Shown: piece by piece, positions 19,273 through 29,005 of the stretch
Position numbering within the stretch: position 1 is the stretch's first letter
Layout: every line of letters begins with the position of its first letter
IMG/VR virus record: IMGVR_UViG_3300028197_001221
Span: 61,942 to 125,941 of that record
Strand: one strand, 5' to 3'
DNA length: 64,000 bases
Source: a virus
Notes under the pieces: model-generated
What the model was told of the DNA's origin: nothing
Database searches by the model: none
The model's input: the letters and a program-made list of their open reading frames with translations, nothing else
Program-made: the position numbers and the translations under genes

Positions 19273-22200
19273 ACGTGATACTCCTGTTGTGCGCTACCGT
19301 ACCAATTTGTACCGTCTGAATAGAATGTGAGAATATCCATTCTGTTAGCGGTAGTGCTAATTGTTGGAGCAACGTTGTCAGGGAATTTAACACCTGTAAA
19401 TGTAGCAACAAAGCTACCAGCTCCTGTTTTAAGAAGCATTGTGAAACTTCTACCAGCATCTGCTGTTGGCATTGTAAATGTACAATTACCATTTAATGTA
19501 TATGTTTGTAAAGTACTATCACTAATATCTATAGTTTGTGCAGTACCAGTATTACCATTATCTGTATGTGTTTCTTTATATCCAGTAACAATTAAGTCTG
19601 CATTGACAGTTAAGTTACCTGTCATTGTATCGCCAGTTTTGGAGAGATTAGAACTAGCTACTGTAGCGCCATAAGCTATGTACTCAACAACATCTCCAGA
19701 AACTGCTGTGGATGTCAATGTGAACTGAGAACTACTGGTTACGTTATAGTCAGTACCGTCTACCAACTTAACACCATTTAGGAATACAGCCAAGTTAGAG
19801 CTAGTAAATGTGTCGCCTGTGTTGAATACGGTTTGATTACTTGTGACAGACACGCTACCTAAAGATGTATTACCAGTAGCACTTGTAGATGCGTTTAGAG
19901 CAACGTATTCTATCAAGTCACCATTAGTTGCTGCATTAGCAAGGGTGAATGTTGTTCCACCTCCAGTTTCAGTGAAGTCATAAGAAGAACCTTTGAATAA
20001 CTTAACACCATTCTGGTATACGTCTAGAGTGTTAGTATTATAACCACCACTAACTGTAAACACTGAAGTGGAAGTAGTGACAACAAATGAACCTCTTATT
20101 AAATTGCCAGCCCCACCGCCTCCATTATTATCTACATAGTCTTTTACAGCAGCTGAAGTTGGGAGAGTGGTATCATTGTCGTTTGATGATATTCCTTCTG
20201 ATTCTGTTATGATTGAAGATGCATTAAAGTCAGTTATATCAATGTTACTAGCGTGATCATACAATATAGTGTTTAGAAAATTAACAATTTCTGGCGATGT
20301 GACATCATAAAATCCGGGCCAACACCAATCTAATTTAGAATCACCAGTTGCATCATAGAATAAATAAGTTCTGTGCCTTTGTGTCGTAGTGGATGGTCCC
20401 ATTCTGAAATCTTGATGATTGGAAAAGTTAATTCTAGCTCCAGTATCTAATCTATAAACACCTCCAACACCAGTACTTGTCGTCACTGGGTCGCTATGAG
20501 CATGTATAATTCCAATAGAAACACACCAAACATCCTGTGGCAAGCTTGTTAGACCGGCAGAGTGAAAGTATGGATTTGTACTAGAAACACCAGCCAAGGT
20601 TTCAGTTTGACCAGAAGCACTTCCACAACCGTGATAGAAACTACCATTTGTATTAGACCCCACTCGTCTAACATATACAATACTAATATATGTTTTTTCT
20701 GGATCTAACCCTTCAATGTCTTTATTCCAACCTCCATCCGCGCCACTATCAGTAGTGTTGTTTCTAGTCTTCCATATCAGACCCCTCATGCTATTTGGCA
20801 AATCTCCAAACTCACATGAATTTTCTCCGTTTCCACCGTTTCTGGAAAAATCTCCACCGTAATAGCCAGTTTGACTTTCAGTGCTTTCGGTCCAACCTTC
20901 TGATGTAGCGTAATTTAATCCATACCCAACAGCATTTCCAAATGATAAATTTCCAACCCCATCTGTTTGCAATAATTGATTTGCAAGGCCGTCAGACGTT
21001 GGTAATGTGTAATCACTATTAATTGTTAGTGATGCTAAATCATAACTACTTTCATATAACTTTAAGGATCTAGATACAACATGAGATGTAACCACACTGC
21101 TTATATCAGAAGCAGCGACAATGCCAACATCCCAATTGTCAGCCCAATTGCTAAAGACAAGACCAGAGTGACCGCAGAATAGATTAGAAATAGAGACTTT
21201 TGGATATCTCCAAAGACTAGACGCTGCTTGATCTGTTCCATTTTTCCCATCTGAATAATAAGATATCCATATAGCTTTATCACCATTTGCGTCTACACCA
21301 AAGCTAACTTTGTATTGATTATCAGTCGGACCATTGCTGTCCATTGTAACTTGGGTTCTAGTCCAATTAGTGGCTTGATATTCATATCCAGCAATCCTAA
21401 ACTTAGCGACTCTTCCTTGTGTGTTATCTTCGTATTCATAAATATCTAAATCAAAAGCAATCATAGTGCTAGCGTTTTTCACAGGCAGCTTGATCTTTAT
21501 ATAGCCCGTTACTGTAGAAGCAGAACTTCCTCCATACGTGCCACCTCCGGGGTATAAAATATGCACACCGTCATCTGCCTTACCAATACCTCCACCAACT
21601 CCAGCGCTTGAAGATGATAAAATATTGCCACCGACTATATGCAGTTTTTCTGTTGGAGAAATCGTAGCAATTCCAAGATTACCACCCACTGCTTGTAATG
21701 ATAAATTTCTTGCCCAGCTAGTACCGGGATCAACAGCTTGAATAGACGCAATATCATTTGCAGAATCTACTCCTAGTAACATTCCATGTGTTTCTGGACT
21801 GCCACCATCACTAATTTTTATAGCATATGTATTTTCAGAACTATATGTAGAATCTTCATAAATATGTAATTTAGTAGCCGGACTATAATTTCCTCCCATG
21901 CCAACATTACCACCACCATACCCCATGACTATGTTGTCAGAAGTATAATGATTCAAAGATATGTATTGTCCATTACTGTCTAATATAAGATATTGACTCG
22001 CGGAATCAGCTCCAGTTGCTCTAATAGAACTAGCGCCTGATCCTCTACCAAGTAACATTCCATGAGATGTTGTTGGTTCTATTCGCGTTGTACCAGAAAC
22101 ATCTAACGGGTAAGTGGGATTAAGAATATTAATACCAACGTTACCATTACTATACAAAATATTAAAACTAGCCGTATCGTATGCAGGTCCAATCCAATAA

Positions 22201-22943
22201 CGCGACAATACATCATCAGTACCATACCATCCATATCCACCACTGTTTGTACCGGATGACCCCAAAGCATCATGGGAAAATTCCCAGCCACCAGTACTTG
22301 CTTTTTTTGAAGTAACTATATTACCGTCAGTAGATATTGTTACAGGTCGGTTGCTATCAACTAATATGTCTCCTCCAGACACATGCAATTTTTTAGATGG
22401 CGAGGTAGTTCCGATACCAACGTTAGTGCCATTGTCATAAATAATTCCAGTACCAAGCACAGTAGAACTAGTCCAACGGGCAGCATAGCTTGAAGCACCA
22501 GTTCCAGTAATCCCGCCACCGCCACTAACCCCGCTCCAAGCAACCTGATTAGAGCCAGAATAAACAAGACTATCACCAACATTTCCAGCTCCAGTAGGAA
22601 ACGTATATTGACCGTTAACATTTATTTCATCTGCACTAAAATCCCCATTAACGTCTAGCTTAAAAAGCGGCGAGGAGGTTCCAATCCCCATGTTACCATT
22701 TTTATCAATCCTAACTCGTTCAACAGCGGCAGCGGCATCTGCCGCAGATGTAGAGAAAACCAGTGCGGCTGGATTTGAAGAGCTAGTGAACGCTCCTTCA
22801 GCTACAGAATTCATTGAGCCGACTATATAGGTAGATGCTGCACCGTCAGACTCTGCCGGAACAGCGTAGTTAATTCTACCTATTATATCGCCAGCGGTAA
22901 TGACATTATCACCACCAGCGTTCTGTAATGTTAAACTATACAT
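19269..22943 (-). CDS. Long fibre protein
   Basis: 1224 aa, repeated GNVGIGTxSP segments, NGVKL repeats, C-terminal SDGTNW domain. Confidence 0.8.
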   Translation of the reverse strand: MYSLTLQNAGGDNVITAGDIIGRINYAVPAESDGAASTYIVGSMNSVAEGAFTSSSNPAALVFSTSAADAAAAVERVRIDKNGNMGIGTSSPLFKLDVNGDFSADEINVNGQYTFPTGAGNVGDSLVYSGSNQVAWSGVSGGGGITGTGASSYAARWTSSTVLGTGIIYDNGTNVGIGTTSPSKKLHVSGGDILVDSNRPVTISTDGNIVTSKKASTGGWEFSHDALGSSGTNSGGYGWYGTDDVLSRYWIGPAYDTASFNILYSNGNVGINILNPTYPLDVSGTTRIEPTTSHGMLLGRGSGASSIRATGADSASQYLILDSNGQYISLNHYTSDNIVMGYGGGNVGMGGNYSPATKLHIYEDSTYSSENTYAIKISDGGSPETHGMLLGVDSANDIASIQAVDPGTSWARNLSLQAVGGNLGIATISPTEKLHIVGGNILSSSSAGVGGGIGKADDGVHILYPGGGTYGGSSASTVTGYIKIKLPVKNASTMIAFDLDIYEYEDNTQGRVAKFRIAGYEYQATNWTRTQVTMDSNGPTDNQYKVSFGVDANGDKAIWISYYSDGKNGTDQAASSLWRYPKVSISNLFCGHSGLVFSNWADNWDVGIVAASDISSVVTSHVVSRSLKLYESSYDLASLTINSDYTLPTSDGLANQLLQTDGVGNLSFGNAVGYGLNYATSEGWTESTESQTGYYGGDFSRNGGNGENSCEFGDLPNSMRGLIWKTRNNTTDSGADGGWNKDIEGLDPEKTYISIVYVRRVGSNTNGSFYHGCGSASGQTETLAGVSSTNPYFHSAGLTSLPQDVWCVSIGIIHAHSDPVTTSTGVGGVYRLDTGARINFSNHQDFRMGPSTTTQRHRTYLFYDATGDSKLDWCWPGFYDVTSPEIVNFLNTILYDHASNIDITDFNASSIITESEGISSNDNDTTLPTSAAVKDYVDNNGGGGAGNLIRGSFVVTTSTSVFTVSGGYNTNTLDVYQNGVKLFKGSSYDFTETGGGTTFTLANAATNGDLIEYVALNASTSATGNTSLGSVSVTSNQTVFNTGDTFTSSNLAVFLNGVKLVDGTDYNVTSSSQFTLTSTAVSGDVVEYIAYGATVASSNLSKTGDTMTGNLTVNADLIVTGYKETHTDNGNTGTAQTIDISDSTLQTYTLNGNCTFTMPTADAGRSFTMLLKTGAGSFVATFTGVKFPDNVAPTISTTANRMDILTFYSDGTNWYGSAQQEYHV

Positions 22944-22944
22944 A

Positions 22945-24528
22945 TTACATTATATACCAATTTGATCCATCGCTACAAAATCTTAAAGTTTCATATATGT
23001 GATACAGTTGAAAGCTAGTAGATCCATCTATTGTATCAGATCCTTTTCTTTCAATAGTCACAGTATTGCTGCTACTGTCTACTCTCTTGACAGTAAAAAT
23101 TCTTCCTTCGTCTCCGTTTTCTGGTAACTTGACTGTGACATTTCCAAAGACAGCATTGACTAAAGTAACATCATGATCCAATGGGTCTTTACTGGACGTA
23201 ACAGTTTCTACACTTCTGTGTCTTTGAGTCTCAGTAATACCACCGTTTTTAACTCTTACAGCGCCAGTACCATTAGTGTTACTTAACTCAACAGTAGTAT
23301 CATCTACAGTTACTTCTACTTCATCAGCATTAACTGTAATACCATCACCACCAATAACATCAAGAGTGTGCGAACCAGTAATAGCTCCACCACCCACCAT
23401 CCCAGCACCACCATTAATTTGAATGTTACCATGATTAATATGTTCGTTGGCAACAAAGTTTAGCAACAAGTCATGATTAATTTCATTATGGTCGAGGCCA
23501 AAATCAATCTCATTGGCTGAAGAATTTACTGTAATGTTTATTCCTGAACCAGCATCGAATTCAAGAGTCTCACCGTCTGAAATAATTTGAGTGTTATTTG
23601 TATCACTGATTGTGAAAGAACTCATAGCTCCAAGGCCACTAACAAAATTAGTCCTATTGATTTTCTTCAACGCACTGGCTGAATCATCATAAAGTAAAAT
23701 GTAGTCATCCGTAGATCCATCGTGAGCGCCACTATATTCAGTTTGACCAGTAATAGCGGTTGTATCTAAGGACACAGGAAGAGAAATATTGGTGCTGCCA
23801 TCTAAAGCCACAGCAGAGTTTGTCGTAACCTGTCCTGTAAGCGTAATATCTATAGAATTTTCCCACTTACTAGCCGTATCTGCATTACCAACAACATCAC
23901 CAGTAAACACAGCGTCTGAACCACTAGTTCCATTTTCAAGGATCTTACTGGTTCCATTACCGGCGTATATGTCTCCCATAAAATTAGCTTCAATCATACC
24001 AGTAGAACCGCTGACAGTTTCACTGCTAATTGTTGCGTCAGGAACAAAAGTAAAGCGACCAGTACTGTCATCAAAACCAAAGAAACCAGTTTTGGCAGTA
24101 GTGTCATAATAATTAAACGACACACCGCGATCTTTATTATCATCAGCAGTAGGAGTTCCACTACCAAGAACAATGATAGGATCTTCTACAGTAATTGTTG
24201 TAGAGTTAACAGTAGTAGTCGTTCCATGAACTGTTAAGTCTCCGTCAACGACAACATCGCCTTGGGCTGCTATATCGCCACCAACGCTAAAGTCTAAGTC
24301 AACTGCAAGATCATATTTGAGGCTAACATCTCCGTTAGATGCAATAGTTATTGCGTCTTCAGTTGTTACACTGCCAATCTGACCACCATCATCGACGGTT
24401 AAATTGCTAGCGTGTAAAACTCCACCACCAATTGTGAAATTAGTGCTGGAATCATATACCGGATCAGCGGTACTAGTTCCGAAAAACAAGATACCGCTAG
24501 GATTTCTTTCGTGTGGTCTATATGCCAT
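22945..24528 (-). CDS. Fibre/adaptor virion protein
   Basis: GDLTVHGTTTTVNST...DRG..F.Y segment, GNADTASKW motif, C-terminal domain shared with 24571..25266. Confidence 0.75.
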   Translation of the reverse strand: MAYRPHERNPSGILFFGTSTADPVYDSSTNFTIGGGVLHASNLTVDDGGQIGSVTTEDAITIASNGDVSLKYDLAVDLDFSVGGDIAAQGDVVVDGDLTVHGTTTTVNSTTITVEDPIIVLGSGTPTADDNKDRGVSFNYYDTTAKTGFFGFDDSTGRFTFVPDATISSETVSGSTGMIEANFMGDIYAGNGTSKILENGTSGSDAVFTGDVVGNADTASKWENSIDITLTGQVTTNSAVALDGSTNISLPVSLDTTAITGQTEYSGAHDGSTDDYILLYDDSASALKKINRTNFVSGLGAMSSFTISDTNNTQIISDGETLEFDAGSGINITVNSSANEIDFGLDHNEINHDLLLNFVANEHINHGNIQINGGAGMVGGGAITGSHTLDVIGGDGITVNADEVEVTVDDTTVELSNTNGTGAVRVKNGGITETQRHRSVETVTSSKDPLDHDVTLVNAVFGNVTVKLPENGDEGRIFTVKRVDSSSNTVTIERKGSDTIDGSTSFQLYHIYETLRFCSDGSNWYIM

Positions 24529-24564
24529 TTTTTTGTCTCCATATCGTGCGGGTTACTAATATTA

Positions 24565-24571
24565 TATACAC
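24565..24571 (-). promoter_or_regulatory. Putative late promoter GTGTATA
   Basis: TTTATA-GTGTATA-TAATAT at a gene boundary. Confidence 0.65.
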
Positions 24572-25266
24572 TATAAAATATGCCAATCATCTCCGTCTGA
24601 GAAGCAAGAAATTGACTCATTTTTATGATGTAATGTGTGTAAAGTTGTACTGTCTAAATTATCTAAAACCTGTGGTGTAATAAAACATTTATATTGACTT
24701 GATGTAAATTTAAAGGTAACTGTCTTCCCCTCCATAGCAGAGGCAAAAGGTAAGGTAACTGATATGTCACCAGATAAAACTGTTATGATTACGACATCAA
24801 CAGTAGTTGCTAGCCCTTGAGTTGTATTAATGCTAATGTGAGATCTAGTAGAATCTCCCCCTCCATTGTCACCACCAGAGGATGCTGTTGCTTGAGTTGT
24901 ACCATCTGGAAATTTAACTCCAGCGTAAGAAGAATCAAAAGATTTAATAAATCCAGACTCATCTAGTATAGAGTGTTTAGCAGCTGGGTATGTGACAAAA
25001 ACTGTTGACACACCCTCTAGGTTTATTTTGTTAGTGCCATCACTACTGACGAGAACTAAGTCTCTAGATAAACTGTCTGTGGAGCTATTATATGTACCAA
25101 GCCCTATCTCGAATTCAGTAAATGTTTCTATAGAATAGTACGTGGAGTTGCCATCTCCAATCGCTATTGCAAACGATTGAAAGCTAGGCAGCGTACTGTT
25201 AAAAACTACGTCGCCAGTTCCAGTTGTAACAGAGGTTTGTTTTACTCTATCTGCTAATTTGAACAT
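24571..25266 (-). CDS. Virion protein (DRVK N-terminal domain plus SDG.W C-terminal domain)
   Basis: N-terminus paralogous to 10664..12367, C-terminus paralogous to 22945..24528. Confidence 0.7.
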   Translation of the reverse strand: MFKLADRVKQTSVTTGTGDVVFNSTLPSFQSFAIAIGDGNSTYYSIETFTEFEIGLGTYNSSTDSLSRDLVLVSSDGTNKINLEGVSTVFVTYPAAKHSILDESGFIKSFDSSYAGVKFPDGTTQATASSGGDNGGGDSTRSHISINTTQGLATTVDVVIITVLSGDISVTLPFASAMEGKTVTFKFTSSQYKCFITPQVLDNLDSTTLHTLHHKNESISCFSDGDDWHIL

Positions 25267-25730
25267 TTAGTCTGTTTTCTTTCTGCTCTAGCTATAGCAA
25301 GATCTATTAATTTACTACCAAAAAATTTGACAAAGGGTAATTTTCTTTTTTTAGCTTCATAAGCCAACCAAGATAATATAAGATCCTTATTTTCTCTACA
25401 CCATTGAGTTCCATTATCATTCATGATTTTGGCTTTTTGATTACATGAGCAGTTGGGACTAGCTTTAATATTCATATATGATAACATTTTTTTTAATTCA
25501 TAACCAGCGCCAAATTCTTCTTCTTTAATTATGTCCTTATTATTTCTAGGATGATCAGGAACTTGAACTATATGATTACTTTTAGGATGCGGATACAGTT
25601 TATGTTCAACGTCAATAATCCATAAATCATCAAGTTGATCTACAACACATCCCATGACTTCCTCTAAAGTGTAGCCTCTTTGTAAGCATCTTTCTTTTAA
25701 GAACTCTGATTTAACAGTAAGTAATTTCAT
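25254..25730 (-). CDS. Cys-containing hypothetical protein
   Basis: GAGYELKKML...ASPNCSC...WCREN...LPF. Confidence 0.7.
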   Translation of the reverse strand: MKLLTVKSEFLKERCLQRGYTLEEVMGCVVDQLDDLWIIDVEHKLYPHPKSNHIVQVPDHPRNNKDIIKEEEFGAGYELKKMLSYMNIKASPNCSCNQKAKIMNDNGTQWCRENKDLILSWLAYEAKKRKLPFVKFFGSKLIDLAIARAERKQTKCSN

Positions 25731-25739
25731 TTTAAAATC

Positions 25740-28700
25740 CTATCCAGTATGAGCCGAAGTTGGTGGGTCAAATTCTCCATCGTATATAATTGCTGCACTT
25801 AATCTTACGTCATCATAATAAGCACAGTGAGAGTATGCCGAGTTAATTGGATCGTCGTATTCTAGGCTGTAATGATCAATGCCTAAAGTAAATGTTCCAT
25901 AACCTAAAGCTGGGTCATAATCACTTCCTAAATATGAATATTTATCGTTAGGAATTGTTTGGATGCCATGAAAAAAGTCGTTACCTCCCACTCCATCATG
26001 TTTAACAGTTATATGTAGAGTAGGATTGTGCGTAAACACTTCTGCTCCGTCTAGGTACATAGTTACAAAGTTGGAACCTTCAGCATCTACAGATAGTGCT
26101 ATATGATGCCAATCTTCATCATTTAAATATACTGAAGTTGGTATAGAATACGAATCCATGCCTCTGAAAGAGATGCCATGAGATGTGGGCCTATTGCCAA
26201 ACGAAGCTAAAAATTCATTTGGTGTCTCTGGATTAATTATATTGTAGTAAGGACTTTGTACATGCCGAAATATTGTTTCTACCTCTCTAGGAACTGCGTC
26301 ATTAGGAGCAGAGGGGTCAATACGTCTTAAATCCTTAACGCTAGTATGATCATTATAAATAAGCCTAAACCCAAGACTTGGAACATATTGTCCTTTAATG
26401 CTAAACTTAGTATATGCATGTCTCTCATCATCATAAGGAATCAAAGTATTATATATGCTTGAGCCATCACCCCTACCAGTATCACCTGTGTGGGAGTAAG
26501 AATAAGACTCGTTTCCATTAAATGGGAAAGTTGAAGTAAAATCCTTTGTGTGCGCACAAATCAATTCACATAGATTGACTATATCAAACTGGCTGTCACT
26601 CTCCCAATCGCTTTGATAATTTTCGCTTAACTTGAACCAAAACTCAAAAGTGAAAGCAGTTTTTCCATCTTTGTGTAAAGGAACAGGGGGGGCAAGAATC
26701 TCCTCAGAGTAACCTTGATCATATATCTGTACTCCTTCAAGATATTTCCAGCCATATATGTAAGAATAATATTCATCATTTTCATAGTACTGTTCACGAT
26801 AATTATCTTTTGGGCAAGCAAATTCGTATTCAGAAAGATAAAGTCCAGAATTTCCGAACTTAGAAACGTTAAGATTATAATCTGTAAAGCCACCAACATA
26901 ATCTTCTGACGATGTAAGCCCGCCGTCGCCAGTGATAAGTCTCGCTGGAAGATTTCTAGGTCCAACATCTTCTGTTATTTGACTTCCACTAGGCCAGTAC
27001 GGATAAAAGCTTCTAGTTACTTCCTGACCATTTTCTAAATTTGTAATATTGAGATACGAACTGTCATCCTCATCTAGTAACCTCCAAGATTCAAAGTTGT
27101 ATATAAATACAGTATTAGGATTGTAAAAACCATAAACTCCAGTATTATAAATACTGTCAACTACAATAGGGACTCCCTCCACAGTATGGTGAATGACTTC
27201 AAATTTTGTAATCGCAGCTACCTTTAACTCGTAATCTCCAGAAGGTACAGTGTCAGAAGTTTTAAAACTAAGAAGATTATTAGTTTTAATAGGGTCTGTG
27301 AAATCACCATCTGGTAATAATCTATAGGAAAATACATAATCACTTACAGGACAAAAGCCATCATCTAAAGGCGAGTACCAAGAACCGCTCATCTCTACAA
27401 AAGAATTGGGTTCACCATCCAGCAAAGTGTAAGATACTCCAGTTGGCGCAGAGGGTGGAAAGGCCATTAAGGAATAACCAGTTGCAGCTACACTGTTACC
27501 AACCTCGTTTACACCTTCAACAGTAAATTCATATTGTTCACAACTCGAAAAAGGTCCAGTAATTGAAACGCTAGTTTCAACGTCTGAATAAGTATCAGTT
27601 ACGTAATCTTGGTTGGAACCACTAGGTCTGTATTTAATTACATGAGAAAGTAAAGGCTGGTCTGGACTTGAAAATGCTTCCCAATCCAAATTATAACCTC
27701 TGCCTGAAGATGTTCTAAAAGGAAAAAGACTGAAATTCAAAATAGTGGGTGGATCATTGGCAACCGTTTTACCAAGAACAGAGTTATGACCAAGTACACT
27801 TGAGCCTTTTATTCCAAAATAATTTTTAGAAAAAACAGAATATTGTATATTAACACCGTCATATTCAAAAGATACAGGTTGGAAATAACTAGTAACAGAA
27901 GGTTCAACGCCAGTATTAACAATAGTGGTTTCATCGTCCCAAAACTTACCCCCATCAGGGAGTTTGCCAACAATGTGGTATCCTGTTATGTCTGAGTTTC
28001 CATCATAAACAGGCGGCTCCCAAGACAAAAATACTTTTCTGAAATCTCCACTAGATTCTACATTTGTCACAGCGTTGGGTGGTTCAAAGTATTTAGGAGC
28101 AAGGGTCGTAGTCGTAGTTGTAGTAGGGTCAGGGAAATCAAAGAAAATAGAATCACTATATATTTTATTAGGTTCAATTAACAAAAGTCTGTAATAATAA
28201 TCTTTTTCTTTTGGCTCTCTAATAAATACTGTCTTATTAGATAGAGACTCTTGCAAGTCCGTATGCCTAACCCAATCTGTTCCTTCTTCTTTTCTTTCCC
28301 ACCAATATGTAAATGATGAGCCTCCAATAATACTTATATCAGATTCTACTCTATAATAATCAATATCATCTGATGTCTTAATAGTCGGCTGTCTATCTAT
28401 TATTGTTCTATTTACAACTACTGGTGCAGGAGTAGTTGTTGTAATAGGATCTGGAGGAACAACGTAAAAATCAGTCAAAGGGAGACATAGGACATCATAT
28501 CCACTAACAGATACATTTTCTGGAAGGTGATCACAACAAGGATTAGAACCAGAGTCGCATAGGCTATTAAACTCTATTCTTAAAGATAAGCCCTCTAAAT
28601 TAATAGAAGGAGAACACGGCTCCAATATTATAGATGGATACTCGTACAAACTGTCTGATGGCATGATTGAAATATCATCTAGACGACCAATAATTTTTTG

Positions 28701-29003
28701 GGCGAGAAGAGTATTATTTTTAGTTTCATATATCTTAACTTGTATAGAATTCTCAACTATCCAAGGTCCACAAGTGCCAGACTCTTGGTCGCAATATATA
28801 ACATATTTATCTACAGATATGTTTTTTGTTATTTCAGAAGAAGCCGTTGTGAATGATGAGCCTGCTGATATCTGCACAGCTTGATTGTGGATTAAAGGAT
28901 AGTCAATATTACTAGAATCAGAAATTAATCCAATTCTAAGACTTGCGGGAATTCTTATGTTTCCGCAAATAACTTCTGAAAATGATGTTTTAAAATGTTT
29001 CAT
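25740..29003 (-). CDS. Virion protein with fibronectin type III repeats and a C-terminal LamG/ConA-like domain
   Basis: LSWEPPVYDGNSDITGY and W.SP.DDG...V.DY FN3 motifs; FTFEFWFK...WHHIAL...MYLDG...YYDDVRLS LamG motifs; Thr-rich linkers. Confidence 0.8.
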   Translation of the reverse strand: MKHFKTSFSEVICGNIRIPASLRIGLISDSSNIDYPLIHNQAVQISAGSSFTTASSEITKNISVDKYVIYCDQESGTCGPWIVENSIQVKIYETKNNTLLAQKIIGRLDDISIMPSDSLYEYPSIILEPCSPSINLEGLSLRIEFNSLCDSGSNPCCDHLPENVSVSGYDVLCLPLTDFYVVPPDPITTTTPAPVVVNRTIIDRQPTIKTSDDIDYYRVESDISIIGGSSFTYWWERKEEGTDWVRHTDLQESLSNKTVFIREPKEKDYYYRLLLIEPNKIYSDSIFFDFPDPTTTTTTTLAPKYFEPPNAVTNVESSGDFRKVFLSWEPPVYDGNSDITGYHIVGKLPDGGKFWDDETTIVNTGVEPSVTSYFQPVSFEYDGVNIQYSVFSKNYFGIKGSSVLGHNSVLGKTVANDPPTILNFSLFPFRTSSGRGYNLDWEAFSSPDQPLLSHVIKYRPSGSNQDYVTDTYSDVETSVSITGPFSSCEQYEFTVEGVNEVGNSVAATGYSLMAFPPSAPTGVSYTLLDGEPNSFVEMSGSWYSPLDDGFCPVSDYVFSYRLLPDGDFTDPIKTNNLLSFKTSDTVPSGDYELKVAAITKFEVIHHTVEGVPIVVDSIYNTGVYGFYNPNTVFIYNFESWRLLDEDDSSYLNITNLENGQEVTRSFYPYWPSGSQITEDVGPRNLPARLITGDGGLTSSEDYVGGFTDYNLNVSKFGNSGLYLSEYEFACPKDNYREQYYENDEYYSYIYGWKYLEGVQIYDQGYSEEILAPPVPLHKDGKTAFTFEFWFKLSENYQSDWESDSQFDIVNLCELICAHTKDFTSTFPFNGNESYSYSHTGDTGRGDGSSIYNTLIPYDDERHAYTKFSIKGQYVPSLGFRLIYNDHTSVKDLRRIDPSAPNDAVPREVETIFRHVQSPYYNIINPETPNEFLASFGNRPTSHGISFRGMDSYSIPTSVYLNDEDWHHIALSVDAEGSNFVTMYLDGAEVFTHNPTLHITVKHDGVGGNDFFHGIQTIPNDKYSYLGSDYDPALGYGTFTLGIDHYSLEYDDPINSAYSHCAYYDDVRLSAAIIYDGEFDPPTSAHTG

Positions 29004-29005
29004 AT

